A DNA stretch of 64,000 bases from Raillietiella orientalis (GCA_036172245.1 JAYWIR010000069.1:310001-374000), one strand, 5' to 3'; positions 37,540 to 51,329 are shown, counted from the stretch's first letter. Numbers and translations are program-made. The notes: generated by a model not told the origin, from the letters alone.

Positions 37540-39342
37540 AAGACCACCAAAGTCAACGTGCGTGCTCATTATGCGTGCAAACACCTGCATTCACATGAAG
37601 AATAGCGCACCAATTTATTTTAACACACGTATTTGTTAATATGAATAAACACACATACTATCAATCAAATGAATAGTATGCTTGCCATCATATACATGTA
37701 TGCATGGAATAATACATAGATAAATGTATACTACAAAGATTATAAAGAATGCATATTTTACTGCATGTACGAAAATGCACATTGACCTATAAACTACCGT
37801 ACACATGAATCTCCAAATTTACTTCAATGCATATGGGTGTAATGGAATTGGCATCTGCATCGATATGTGTTATTAATACAGAGAGAGAAGATCACAAGAT
37901 ATACACATTTCAAAAGTATGTTTATATGTTTATAAATATGCAAGCAGAATTATCTGTATAGACATATTTCCAGAAATATATACGTAGATGCACGCACATT
38001 TCTCACCATCGATTTGTATATACATACATTTTTACTGATTGTCATATATTTATATGTGTGTGCAGGTAATTCCATATGCATATACATTCATACAGAAATG
38101 CATATGAGATGTTTCCACTTTGTAATGTTCACTGTGTATTTTAATAATATTTTCATGGAGATCTATAGATCATATATTCATGTCATATTCATGTGCACAT
38201 ATATGTGAATATCAATATGGATATGTTTACTGTATACATCACTCTTTATACATTACAAGCAAACTCTCAACTCCTACTATATAACCCCCTATATACATTC
38301 ATCTTGTAATTAATCTTCAATAAATAATAAATCCATATTCTGACAAAAACAAGCAAACAAATAACCTACATTAGAATCAGATGCAAATTCAGACTCACTT
38401 TCCAAGAAATCATATGGCAAACGATTAATTTCCACCAAACACACAATAAGTCATACAACTAATCCTCCTAACCCACAAAACATTAACATCTTCTCACTTG
38501 CAATTTCAATGCACTCATTAATACAACAGTCATACATACTTCAGATACTTGGAGTATGTTTGGAAATTATATATATATTTATAGATTGTGTTCATATATT
38601 TGCCATTCATATATATTTATTTGGAGATTGCATTTGTTGATTGTGTTCCTATTTGTACATTATACTTGTAGACTATATTCATAATTATGCATTATATTTA
38701 AATTTATATTATGTGTATATATTTATGGATTACATAATTTGTGGGTCATATTCATATTTATACATTGCAGATTTATATACATAACAAATAAGCACATGCA
38801 ACGTATCATGCATAATTATACATATTTATAGATTGTATGTATGTTTATGGATTATGTACATATGTATAATGAGCATGTGCATATTCATATTCACAGGAAT
38901 GCGTGCATATATATAATTTATGAATATGTGTATGAATACTTATGTATAAAAACATATATTTGAAAATATGAATACATACATGCATCTGCTTATATAAATA
39001 TGAAAAGCTTAAGAGATGTTTATGCTTTGTAATCTTCACTATGTATGCTACTAATATATACATGAATACTGATGGATTATATGCCTATATAAGAATTAAA
39101 AATGCATATGCTCAGCAAGTAATGAAATAATGTTCGTCTGTATAATAGATTATGTATGTATCTGCATGTGTATCAATCTGTATATATATATAATCCATAA
39201 AAATATACAATATATGAATGTTGATGTTTGTAATCAGCATTTATATTTATTCATTGTAATCTTCAGGATATAATTGATGTATATATATGTATATATATGA
39301 ATCTGTACATGGTAACTTATATACATTGATGTACACATTTAT
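37540..39342. repeat. AT-rich low-complexity island, copy 2
   Basis: Near-identical to ~11200-13007. Confidence 0.85.
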
Positions 39343-41739
39343 GCGAGTGAAAACATCATGGGGATGCACACTTGCTATAAAAAGGACCACTTGTGTCAAA
39401 GGTTATATAAAAAACAACCTTTGATACATATAATCAACAACCGTTAATTATCTTAGCAAAATGCATGGTGGTAAATATGAAGCACTTTGTGAATCAGTGG
39501 TGAATTCAGGGAAAGAGAAGATCCTTTAGAAGTGTGCTTCCTGGTTTCTGGAGGGCGACTGTGAGGCGGAAAGGATAAGGGAATGTCACGTGGAGCGGCT
39601 GGCGAGGAACGCACCTCCGTGAGGTAATTGCTTTCCGGGCAATGCAGACAGATTGTCTGGAAAGCAATTCAGAGAGGAATGTGATCTGGAAATGAAGGAA
39701 AGGTCATCTGTGGTGGCTCCACTTTTTTTGAACGCTCTGATCAGCACGGGAGATTTCGGGCTCCCCTCTGAGGACCTCACGTGATTCGATCCCGTGATGC
39801 GGTCGGCTCGCATCCTTTATTAAGGCAGGCGAGATTAGCCCTTTATTCAGGCAATAGGGGACTGTCAGGAAAGGGTTGCGGAGCCGGAGTCGCGTCTTGG
39901 CTGGGAAAGATTTTCTCAGTGTGCCCTGATGCTGCTGCCAACACTGTTTCGGATGGGAATGCCACTGGCGGAGAGAAGGATTTTAGACAGAGGACAGTGG
40001 CGTGAAGAGCTTCATGAGGGACGCTTCAAAAAACTTAAGTAGGGGCTATTTGGGGGAAAGAGGGAGTAGGGAGGAGGCGCTGATGTGGGGGGTGTATCCT
40101 ACGACGTTGGAGGTGAAGAGGCTGACGCGGCTTGCAAACGGCTTGAAGCGAAGAGGAGGGACACCAAATGCATGAAAAATAAAAACCTGCGGCTCTGTGG
40201 TTCAGGTGGCTTCTCCTGTGTTGTTTATGGTAGCTGCTCCGAGAAGCGTGGGATTTGTTACAGGCAGGTGTGAAGATTGGGAAGGAGGTTAGACAGATGG
40301 CTGCTCTTTGGCGGGCTGAGATTAGTGGTACGGACTGCAGCGTGTGTAACACAAAGACAAGTAGCATAGCCACCGTCGTTCACTATTTCAGTTTTCGTTC
40401 CAGATTATATCCTAGAACGTAGGTCGCCATTCAGTAGGTCCTTAGCTTCGCGATGGAGTGGGTGGTTTCTTGTTGAGCTGCTTGCTCAAGATTCAGCTCG
40501 TGTGCTTGAGAACCAATGATGGGTGTTGTGTGAGTGATTCTCAACTGCCTCCAAGCAAGGCTGCTGCAGCGAACAAGACGTTCGTTCTGACCGTGGAGGG
40601 CACACGGGGTGAGGGAGAAGAACGAATCCCTACGTCAGAAATGCTTCCTAGGAAACTCGAAAAGGACTCCGCTGCCACTCATTCACGGCAGCATTGAAGG
40701 ACCCTGGTATTGATAAAAAAATAAATAAGTGACGAACGAAGTGTGCTTTTGACTTTGCGGTCTGGAGAAGCAACTTTGCGACGTCGCAGATCTGACGAAG
40801 GACAGAATCCCAGAGGGAGTCTTCAAATGCGCGAGCAGTCAGAGATGGCCACCGTGCTGCTGTCCATAGCAACCGGAACCTTTCATGGGATCTGATGAGC
40901 GTCGCATCGGGCGCCGTATCCCAACGCTGTTCCATCCCACAGCTCCAGTTGTGCTTTGCAAAATTGGCTCAACAGCCCGGACAGCATTTGCGACGAAGAG
41001 CACGGCAAAATGAGATCGATGCAACGAACCAGAAAAGGAGATCCCTTATTTTGCCTTTTGGAGTAGGCCAAGAGCGTTCCCGAATGGGAGTGCGGCTGGA
41101 ACTCAGGGATCGACCGAAAAAACTTTCCACGCGCCGCTGGCCCTCGAGCAACCCATGCGACGACGTGATGAGGATGTAGCAAAACGCTCCCGGTGGAGGG
41201 GAACACGGAAAACGATCGCCTGGGCTTCCCACCGCTCCCTCGCACATCCATCCGCTCGTCTTCCGCAAAATTCGCATCGCTGCCTTTCAGGAGATGCGTA
41301 GTCCGAGAGACTCCTAGAGAGGTGCGCGGTAGGTCCAGTCGGCAAACGACCCTCAAGCCGCGGAGAAAAGCCCGGGAATCTTAAGCGAACCTGCGGGGAG
41401 GGTTTCGATCCGTTGCCGAGATGAAAACGGGATTCGCTGGAAGGTGTCGATTGCGGATGTCGCTGGTCCAAGGGTCTGGACCAATTCCTCGCTGAAGTTG
41501 GTCAGGGGCATCAGTGCGATGAGCTTCCGAGTGGCCACTTTCGACTCGTTGGCTCCCTAAAGTTGGCAGCTTGGCAATCCCTTCGCCGTGTTCCCAGGCG
41601 TTTTCTCTGACGCAGAGAAAGCAACATCCGATTTTCCAGGAGCTCCTCTGCCTGATGAGCATCTGTCTTACTTGGTCAGGTTCGAAATGCCGAGCGATCA
41701 TAAAAAGTGAATGAGCACACTGACTGCTTGCGTAAATAT

Positions 41740-42170
41740 AGGAATTTATACATGGATCCATGTGTAAGAATGTTAATTATGTGTAGTAATACATCTATTA
41801 ATAAATGGATTGGAATTCAATGTTTCAACATAAATATACATTTCTCTTAATTGTATTAATGTATTTCTCTTTCTTAATCTTAATTTCTCTCCTAAACACG
41901 TACATCTCTCTGTAATTATATTAATATATTGATAAACATATACAGATTATAAAAAAATAAGCATATTTATGTATTTTGATATGCATATTGCTGTATAAAT
42001 TAATATATAGATTAATATGTATTCTACGGATTATGAAAGATGTGCCCCTTTATGTTTCCTGATATCTATAATTATATATAGTTCAACATGCAAATTTATT
42101 TTAACATGCATATGTGATGATCTTTATAAACAGTATGTGTTATTTATTAATGATATGTATTACCAATAGC
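41740..42170. repeat. AT-rich low-complexity island
   Basis: TA-rich composition between GC-rich flanks. Confidence 0.7.
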
Positions 42171-42499
42171 ATGGTCCTCTCCATTTATTTGTGGATCTTC
42201 CATCCCTTTCCCTTTACTCTCTTCCTCGTTCTGTCCCCAGGGAGAGCTGGTCAATGTTGATTTTGAACCGGCACGTAACTCACTACGAAATCTCGCCCGT
42301 CTACTTTGGATAAATCACTTGGCAACCCTGAACATAAAGGTCGATCGAAGGAGATCAGTGAGTTACATGCGTACGCAGGGATTCGCCGCTGCGAGCCACC
42401 CCGCAGCGTTGGTGCGACGGCAGCGAATGGAACCGATGGGATAAGAGCAGGGTGGCCGTTCTCTCCTTAACCATGAAGGGGGGGCAGGTAGGATGTCCT

Positions 42500-42640
42500 G
42501 TGAACCTTTTAGACTGAGAGAGGATCTGCAGTCTGCTACCGCTGTGGAAGGAGTGTCACACCACGGGAGGATATACCAATCCTCCGTTTTATTCAGATGC
42601 AGAAACTCCGTTTCCAGAGTCCCTGCGCGTCCGGATGAAG
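42500..42640 (+). mobile_element. LINE ORF1 (gag-like) zinc-knuckle remnant
   Basis: CYRCG..HTTGGYTNPP..FRC across frameshifts, i.e. tandem degenerate CCHC knuckles. Confidence 0.6.
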
Positions 42641-43399
42641 GATGCTGCTAAGGCAGCGACGGTGTCGCCACTAAAATTCCTGCCACCGTGGAAGACGAGC
42701 GCGAACCACTGCGCTCAGATGATGAGGAATTCTTTCCTGTCCTCTCCAGGACGACCTCCGGGTCAAGAAGAGGAAGGCCCGCATGCGTCAGGGTTCCGTC
42801 GCCTGACTCTTTGATTTCATCTATTGGGAAGGTGACCCCTCTTCTGTTAGGTCCTGTGGCAGTCGCCATCGCCTCTCGAATGATGACCGACTGGTAAGAG
42901 TTAGACCACTGAGTGCCAAAGGGATGCCTCGGACGCTCTGTGAGGGTGCCGTCCCCGGGGAGCGAGGCTGCTGCAGGCCACCCACAGTTGTTTTGGAGGG
43001 CACAGCAATCCAGTGGCAGACTCTGGGGAGAATCCCATCCCACGTATTTTCCTCCCTCTAGCTGCTAGTTGGACTTTTAGAAGCCGGAAGCGATGCTGTT
43101 GAGTGGAGGCACCTTTTTTGCTCTTGTCTTCCCGCAGCAGACCAGGCAGATTGGTGTCATGGTTTCTCGCAAGATAACTATGCGTTCTTCAGAACCTCGC
43201 TTTCGCCTCAGAACCTCTCTCCCGCTCAGCACCTTCAAGGCTCTCCGCCGCTCTTCAACGGGCTAGCCGCGCCCCTGGTGATTGTCCTTAGTACGAGATG
43301 GCCTTGTGGTTAGCGGAAGACTCCGTCCTGAACGAGTTTGGAGTTTAGCACCATCTCGGATGAAGGATAATGATAACGAGGAGCCGGCATCTCTTCCTA

Positions 43400-44170
43400 T
43401 CTGAATGGTCTCCTTCTTCAGGGAAGAGCTGAGTCCAGTGGATGGCGTCCCTGCCATTTCGGCCTCTTCTGGGATTTTTCTGTTCCAGGTTTCCATGAGC
43501 CCGCGAAGACAACAGAAAACTGCGAGGGACGCGGATGGCGGCAGTGCAGCACCACTCGCGGAGAGGCGCCTGAAAGTGTTCCTGGCACCGCCCACCGGGA
43601 TTCCTAGTATCGTCGCGAAGCGATCCCAAAGGGGTCGAAGGGCAGCACAGTCCGACAGTAAGTGAGGGAGGGTCTCCTTCTTCCAGCATTTGTCGCACTG
43701 AGCGTCCACGTTCCGCCGTGTCCACTCACTGGAAGGCACATTTTGCAAGTAATTTCTCCATGCCGCACCAGCAACTCCAACTCTTGCCACTCGAGGGAGA
43801 GGAATACACTGTTCTGACACTCTTGGGGGCCACTTCAGCTCCTGTGGAGGGATGCCGAGCAGCTCTCTCAGGTGTAGAAGTTCGTGGGTTGGGACACTCG
43901 GGTCACATCGTCCATTACCTACCGAGTTGTTCACGCCCCAAGAAGTTTCTTCTTGGCTGCTATGCAGCACGTTACCCACCTTGCCGGGATTACTCTGTCC
44001 CTTGCGTCCCTTAGGGAGGGCAGTACTGGGGCAAGGAGTGTAAACAAGACCCACCGCATCTTCTGCGGGTTGCAGACGATCTTCACCAACGACTTGCGAG
44101 CGTTCATGCTTCTCTGGAGGCAGTAGTATCTTGCCTCGCTCGCGCCTTGGATCTTTCTCCAGACGAAGAC
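43400..44170 (-). mobile_element. LINE ORF2 C-terminal fragment
   Basis: LLGIPPQELKWPP; QCDKCWKKETLPHLLSDCAALRPLW. Confidence 0.85.
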
Positions 44171-44204
44171 CGACTTCTGAAGCCAGGTGGTCTAGTTTGT
44201 CCTT

Positions 44205-45150
44205 GCCTGGTTGCGCCGGGGCCTTTGTTTTGATCAAAATAAAATTATAATAGCGATAGCAGGAAGCTTGGTCCTGCCACGTTCATTGGCAGCGGAATCT
44301 GCCTAGAAGCCGGTGCGCAGACCAGCGAGGTTCACCTTTGCAGCAGAAGGAGAAGGACAAGCAAAAACAAATAAAAAATAGAAGTAAGTTTATAAAAAAA
44401 ACTTCTGGAGAGATCAAGAAGAGATCACAGAGTGCTGGAGGGTAACCTCTGCATCCTTTCCAGGATGCTGGAAAGTTCTCGTTGGATTGCTTCCAGATGC
44501 TGCCATCTTGATGCGATCCTTAGAAAACGGACTGCAAACTCGACGGGGTCCCTATCGTCATGGTTTTCTCTGTTGACGTTCCCGGCCTCCACGATCCCGC
44601 GTGCGCAGCGAAGTGCTGACAGGGATGCAGCTAACGTCAGGGCATCATGAATGAAAATGTGCTTCACGACGTCTCTGGGGTTGCCTAAGAGGATCCGGAG
44701 GATCGCGGCAAAGAGTTCCCAAAGGGGTTGAAGATCAACAAGTCCACGAGCAAGTGCGAGAGGAATTCTCGTCATCCGCACTTGCTGCAGTTCGGGTTCG
44801 CCGCTCCCCGGGTCCAACAATATCAGCGATAAAGCGTTTCAAGGGAGGAAAAGAGCAGCTTTGATTCCAGCCACTTCATAAGAAAGGTGTGGAAGTTTCG
44901 AGACACTGAGAGCCACTCGAGGTCCTGCGGCGGAATTTCGAACAGCGCGCCCCAGCGTACAAGTCCTCTCGGTGGAGCACTTGGGGTCGCAGCGTCTGTG
45001 AGCTGTCTCGTGGTTCAACCACCCAAGTATTTCCTCCTGGAGTAGACCTCATAGGAGATCCCTCACTTCGCAGCTAGGTTGCCACCCACATGCTGTCTCA
45101 AGGAGGGCATTGCGGCAACAAGGGAGGTTATTCCCCTCCACGCACACTTG
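44205..45150 (-). mobile_element. LINE 3' fragment
   Basis: LQPLWELFAAIL...RWQHLEAIQRELSSILERMQR; terminal GGCCCCGGCGCAACCAGG. Confidence 0.8.
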
Positions 45151-45189
45151 GAGCGGTGTGCGATAATCACGGGATGAGAGCAGCTGCTT

Positions 45190-45500
45190 CTGTTGATAGA
45201 GTGCAGCCGTCAAGACCGTGACTTCGGGCTCATGTTGTTATACATCGCCCACGTACGGCCGTTTTCCTCTAGCCAAGCACCACCATTTACGAAACGACAG
45301 GAGATCCACTCGTCCTGCTTTGTCGCAGCAGTCACTCGTCGACCCACTGAGGTCTTTAAAGCTAAAGATCCCAGTGGACCACCTCTCGTTGACGGCGTGC
45401 GAGTAAAGAACAGAGTTTCTCGCATCGTAGGGTTTGTCTGACCCGAAGGCGTTCCGGCGAGCACCAGCTGGTGCTCCATAACCTTGACACGATTGCCAAA
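45190..45500 (+). mobile_element. Degenerate APE endonuclease fragment
   Basis: RDFG (like GDFN) followed by EVFKAKDP...VSRIVGFV (like D.WR..P...SRID). Confidence 0.45.
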
Positions 45501-45661
45501 GCTCTCCACTAAAGGTGTGGCTCCAGGTGCTCCAGATTCACGATGCCGAGGTTCCAATGCCGAGGTAGGCATCTTTCAAGCGGATTCGGGAGCTCCTACT
45601 GACTCACAAGGCAATTCGCAAGAGGTCCTTCGTCTGCTCCTTCACATTGGTGGGAAGTTGG

Positions 45662-47250
45662 CACCCGATCACGCCGGGACCTTTATTAAAAACTCTCTAT
45701 ACATCAGTTATACTAGGCCCCACTACGGCCAGCACAACAGGACCTGCTGTGTCGCCGGAATGCAGACTGGCTTGACTCTCTTCGGCAGCAGAGGGGAATG
45801 GAGAAAAAACCAAAAGAGAAATAAAACAAAATGAAAAAAAAAAGAAGCCCTTTGGAGGGCCAGGAAGGGATCACTGACCGCTAGGGGAGGGTCCATCCTT
45901 TTCAGGATGCCGTCAAGCTCCATCCGTATTTTACACAGATAGAGCCATCTGGTCGCAATCCTAGGTAAGCAGACTGTAAACTCGATGGAGCCCCTTCCGT
46001 TGCTTCCTCCGTTGGCTTCGCTTCACATAGTCACAATTTCCCGGAAGCAGCAAAGTGCTGCTAGGGCTGCGACTGGCTGCAGGGAGTCCTTCATGGAGAG
46101 AAGCCGAAAACCATCTGTGGGGGAACTACCTACCGGGATCCGAAGGGTGGTAGCAAAACGTTTCCAAAGGGGCCGGAGGGTAGCGCAGTCCAAAACCAGG
46201 TGCAGCAGGGATTCCCGTTCCCCGCACCTGGCACAGTTCGGGTTCATCCTCCCCAGCGTCCAGTGGTGATGGCGCGAGTTGCATGGGAGACCCCAGTGCA
46301 ACAGCAGAAGCGCCGACTCTTGCCACTTTAGGGGTAGGATGCTTGGATCTTCCAGCACCGGGGGTCACTTCAGGACATCCGCTGGGATGCCGAGCAGCTC
46401 GCCTCATCTCAGTTGTCCTTGCGGAAGGACGCTCGGGGTCGTGGCGTCCGCCAGCTGTCCCATGGTCCAGCCGCTCATCATCTCTCTGCCTGCGATCCGA
46501 CAGGAGACTTGCCACCTCGGCGTCCGGCTGCTAATAAGAGCCCTCCTTAGAAAGGGCAGCGCCGTAGCTAGGGGACTCATCTCTATCTACGTGCTCCTGG
46601 TGGGACACTCCAGAATGGTCCGCGGTGAGCAGCGGGCGTAGCTAAAGAAACGCAGGCAGTTCCAGTTGTCACTTCCTGATGCATTCAGCTTCGCCCACTT
46701 CCCAACTGTTTCTTCCAGCCATGAGCTGGGGCTGGCGAGGCTGCAGACCATCCAGCCGTTCTCCTTGGCCAGAGTGGCCATGCGTCCGAGAAGAAGGCAG
46801 CATCTTTTTATTTTACGGCAGGGGTACAAAAGATGAGATGAGAGCCCTCCCGGTCCAGATACACGGCTGGCAAGGAGGCGGGTCGGAACGCACCAGGGGG
46901 TACTGCAATACTTCTCTACGATGGCCAAGGTTCGCTATCACAGATGGATTTCCATGTGCTCCAGCGTCAGGAGGCCAAGACAGCCATCCCGACGCGGAGC
47001 GCACAAGTTCTTCAACGGGACTCGGGGTCTTCCGTTACCTCAGTGGGCGATACGCCCATTTCTTTAACTGGAGAAGAAAGGGGCAAACAAAAAGTAGGGG
47101 ACGGAGGAGGGAAACAGAATGCATTCCAAACCGCCACCCGTTCCGGAAAACAAAACTTGCCGTTCTGGAACAGGACGAGCGCCATCTCTACCTTTTGGAG
47201 ACGGTCAAGCGAGGCTATTACTAAGCAGAATTTAGCCAATGAAGCGCCCT
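45662..47250 (-). mobile_element. 5'-truncated LINE
   Basis: DRLQKVEMAL, NCARCGERESLLHLVLDC; terminal AATAAAGGTCCCGGCGTGATCGGGTG. Confidence 0.88.
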
Positions 47251-47475
47251 GAGGTCGAGGAGTGGCCTTGCCACTGTCCGACGAGGCCGCTCTTCGGAGT
47301 TCGAGGCAATGATCCATGGTTCGGACGACTCAGCTTCGTGCAGCTTGGTGGAGAAAGGGAGAGGTGCCACTCCCAAATCTGCGGTGCTATCGGCTAGACT
47401 CTCTCTGGACGAGGCAGGAGACGCGCGCCGTCATATCCACAGCAGTAATGCGTGGACTCGTGTAATCTCGTCACA

Positions 47476-47665
47476 TCAACGTGGCCTGTTGGGGCATCAA
47501 CGGGTTGCGGGAACACCAGAAGAGGCAGAAGGTAGCCACCGCCCTTAGCGTCCTCGATTTGCTTCTTCTGCAGGAGATCCACGGCGTCTCCGAAGAGTAG
47601 ATGACCGAACTCGAAGAATGAGCAGGGGGAACGCTACACTGGTGGCAAGGCTCCACACGCTCGTA
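47476..47665 (+). mobile_element. APE endonuclease N-terminus of a LINE ORF2
   Basis: INVACWGINGLREHQKRQKVATALSVLDLLLLQEIH matches the L1-type SWNVNGL...KR...D...LQETH pattern. Confidence 0.8.
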
Positions 47666-47689
47666 AGACTCCACACTCACACATTCCTG

Positions 47690-48110
47690 GTCCAGGGCAG
47701 GGCGGCGGGAGCGGTGCGGAGAGTTGGGTTCGACGAGAACGGACGGGCTTTCGACTGCGTCTAGCAGGATATCCAGAAGGAATTCCTGGAACGCAAGAGA
47801 TTCCCGGCCATCTTCCTGACCTATCTGCACTCATGCCGAAGCAATACTATAATCCACTTCCTCATTAGCGGCCGGCAGGTGCATGACGTGCCTGATCCCG
47901 CGTCATCAGGAAGAGTGACATCCTAAGCTCCCTGCTTTTCAGCATCTACTTTGAGTTCGTGCTGAGTGCATACAAAAAGGCCGTGGCGACCATGCCGAGT
48001 TCGTGCCCGAGCACGCCTTCCGTGTTGGCCTATGCAGACGATCTTTTGCTGCTGCTCCCCATGTCCACATCGGCATCGGTACTCGAAAGTTTTTTCTCAC
48101 TCTTCTTTTC
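47690..48110 (+). mobile_element. Degenerate RT core fragment
   Basis: GCTTTCGACTGCG (AFDC) at ~47747; LLFSIYFE; YADD at 48031-48042. Confidence 0.85.
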
Positions 48111-48779
48111 TCGAAAGTTGGCCTTCCAAGCTTTGGATGACGCTTTGGTACGCTCCGGCAAGCATCCTCGCCAAGCGAGTAGCCTACGGCAATGTATTGA
48201 CTTCGGTCGTCATGCTAGTGAGGGTGTTTTTTGTAAATTTTCCGCTTTGTGGTGTTCATTTATGGCTTCCAAAAGCTCATGGGGAATCTATTTCTTATGT
48301 TTCCATAATTCTTTCTGGTGGTTATGGGTTAGTACGGTTATTTATAAAATATATAAAATATAAAATATGTGACTGTGAGATCTTATTTGATGGAAATAGG
48401 AATGGTAGGTGGTGTGACTGGGGGTTTAATGTGTTTTCGATAATTGGATCACCGGGAGAAGTTCGAGCCATCTTGACTTTCAACTTTGCCAAATGGTTGC
48501 CTTGGTACGACGAAATCCTTGGATCTCCGTCCTCCTCGCGCACTGGACTACTAGGCTGCAGGAGTATGTTTTTGCATGAGGTAAAATCAATGACACGAGT
48601 GAGGGGGCAGAGTTGATTTGCCTAAGAAACAGCAGATGCATTCTTCAGTCGTTAAGAAAGATCTTCGTTCGCTAAGTGTGACTTAAGAGCCGGTTGCGTG
48701 CATCGCGGCGCAAGTGACCCTTTTAAACAAACTGTTTTGTTTCCACGCCTCTCCCCCTGTGGCAACCCGCAGGAAGACG

Positions 48780-49460
48780 TAATTCTTCAGGATAGGGCAC
48801 CCCGGGATGGGTGGGCCCGCCCAATGAATCCAGGAAGGGCTCGGATTCGTTCCTCTCACGCTTAAGGGAATCGCACCTCTCACCCTGGTTGTCTCCGAAG
48901 GGGAACCCCGAAGGGAATCTCATTCCTCATTCTCTTCGGAGAGAACACCCAGGAAGGAATAGTCCTCTCCATTTTATCTACTCCGAAGGGAACTCATCTG
49001 CTAGTGGGAATTCTTCCCCGGAGGGAACCCGCAAGGGAACCGCTCCTGTTCACTCCTCTGAAGAGAACCCCGAAGGGACGCTTCCGAAACTGAGAAGGGG
49101 CGCTGCAGCTTCCCGCAGAGGAATCGCTCTCGCTTGCTTCCTTGTGCACACTCTGTGAAGAGGCGACGACTCGGAGGGACCCCCCAATAGGAAGGTCCGT
49201 TCCTTTGAACAACTGGAGAGGTGCGCATGAGGGCTCCTGCTCCATCTTGAAACCATAAGGGTCCCCTGGTGGTGGGGGTTCTCTCTCCATTGCACGACAG
49301 GAGGGGAAACTCCCTACTCCTTGAATCCTGGGAGAACCCGAAGATCGACTCCCATTGTTCCGACCTTCATCGGGGGCCTCCGGCTTAAACGACCACCGGT
49401 GCCACTTCCGAATGTCTCGGCGAACCAGCGCCATCTTGCAGGAGAAACTCGGAACCCAAA
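48780..49460 (+). repeat. GAGGGAACCC-core repeat family, copy 2
   Basis: Cores at ~48896, 48938, 48983, 49018 and 49058, spaced ~35-45 bp. Confidence 0.6.
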
Positions 49461-49559
49461 GACTCAGCGGCGTCAGTTTCTGCCATAGTATTCGATCCTG
49501 CGACTCATGGCGCCGCGCGCGGAAGCCTTAACCACAAGGCTTCCCAGGCGGGCCGAAGA

Positions 49560-50507
49560 AAAAGCAAAGACAAGAAAAAGAACTCATGAATTTTGCTTTG
49601 GACGTCGTTCTCTCTTCTTTCCCTAGTGATAGCCTCCTTATGGGAAGCAAGGGACAGATACTTTCCGGCAAAGTGGAAGGTAAAATGCATTATCAAAAAT
49701 AAAAGAAAACATTTAAATGCGTGGACAACTCGAGAGATGACATGCTGCCACACGACTGTCACTCTAAAAGGACTACTTCGCTGAAGGGAGCTGCTAGAAA
49801 TTCCTTAGAAAGAGATACAGTAGTCTTCAGTGTGCTGGAACAGTGCGACCTTCCCCTGAAGTGGCAGGAGTCGGAGATCCTTCTGTTGCACTGGACCCTC
49901 CCGTGCACCGCCCACCAACATCATTAGACCCAAGGGAATGTAAGTCCCAACTGCAGCAGGTGCAAAGAAAGAGAATCCTTCGCTCACCTGTTTGCGGATT
50001 GTGTTGTCCTTTGCTCCTGTGGGAGCGCTTTGCCACTTCCTTGTGGATCCCCGAGGGTAACCCCAGAGACATTTAAAGCGCCTTTTCCAGTGCGACACCA
50101 TCACTCCGGCCTCATATCTGGCAGCCTGCTCGGGATCGTGGTGCATGTAGCAACGCCAGAGGAGGCCGGGACAATAGGGATGCCATCTTCTTTTTGAGGA
50201 TGGCGTCAATATGGCGCCATCTGGGAGTCTTGAAACAGGAACTTGCCGGCATCATCTCAAGGATGCAGAGGACACCCTCCATCAGCCTATTATACCTTCC
50301 GTATCCTCAACTTTTTTATATGTATTTTTTTGTTTCATTTTTCTTTTTTGTTGTTTTCCTTCTGCTATCGAAGAGGACCTCGCCGGGCTGCGCGCCCGAT
50401 CTCGGAAGTTTCTTTTAGTGTATTTATAACCTGGCAGGACCAAGCATACTGCCAGATTCCTCTATGTTAATTTTTTAAATAAATAAACGTACCGGTGCAA
50501 CCGGGTG
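49560..50507 (+). mobile_element. 5'-truncated LINE 3' portion
   Basis: LPLKWQESEILLLHW, degenerate zinc finger, WRHLGVLKQELAGIISRMQR; terminal AATAAACGTACCGGTGCAACCGGGTG. Confidence 0.85.
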
Positions 50508-50689
50508 TCAAGCGACTGAGTCTCCATAACTGCGCCCTTACTCACTAATTAGTCAAACACTCACCAGCAGGGAACGAGTAAACAATGCGTCCTTCCTAGA
50601 AGATGAAGGAAATTCCTTTGAGTTATTTCTTTTTTTTGATTTTTATATATCCCTCTTCTTTTATATCTCTCTTTTTTGGATAAGGCAAT

Positions 50690-51300
50690 AGCTGAAAAAC
50701 CGTTCTCCTCTATGGAGGGAGCCCATGAAGCTCTTAAACGCTGTTCATGCCACATTCTGGGTGCATCTTCCAGTTATAGAGGATGTTCCAAGAGGGAACC
50801 ACTCTATGAATCCAGAAAAACTCTGGAGGTAGACATACATCCCTCTTACACTTGGAAAAGAACTCCTAAAGGAACCTTTATTCTGTCCGGAGGTACCTCC
50901 CGGAAGTGACCACGTGTCGCTACTCTTCCAGAGGGACCCCCAAGAAAAGATCCGCTACTTGTTTGCTCCTATGAAGAAAACTCCGAAGGTACACTTCCAA
51001 GTTTCCGTCAAAGGGCGCTCCCCGAAGTAAACAAAGAGACACTCTGGAGACGTGTTATGAATCCATCAGCTCCATGGTGGTCTAAGGAGGATCCAACTTA
51101 GAAGAAGAAAACGGTTGCACTTTCACAACTGGAAAGAAATCCCCAAGGGAACTCATTCCATCATTCCAGAGAGGAAACCGGAGGATCATCTTCAAATCCC
51201 GGCCAGAAAAAGAGGGCATCCGGCTTCCAACAGTGCCTCAATCGAATCCTGCAGACCAGCCAGCCTCGTACTACAACAGGAACCAGAAGCCCATCTCCCA
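50690..51300 (+). repeat. GAGGGAACCC-core repeat family, copy 3
   Basis: gagggaacc...atgaatccag, gagggacccc and gaagaaaactccgaagg motifs shared with copy 2. Confidence 0.55.
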
Positions 51301-51329
51301 TCCCCCAATCTTTGAGTTGACACTGCCTC

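Noticed and set aside
41652..41700. Hammerhead ribozyme core (CTGATGA...GAAA)
   Set aside because: Stems II and III do not pair convincingly
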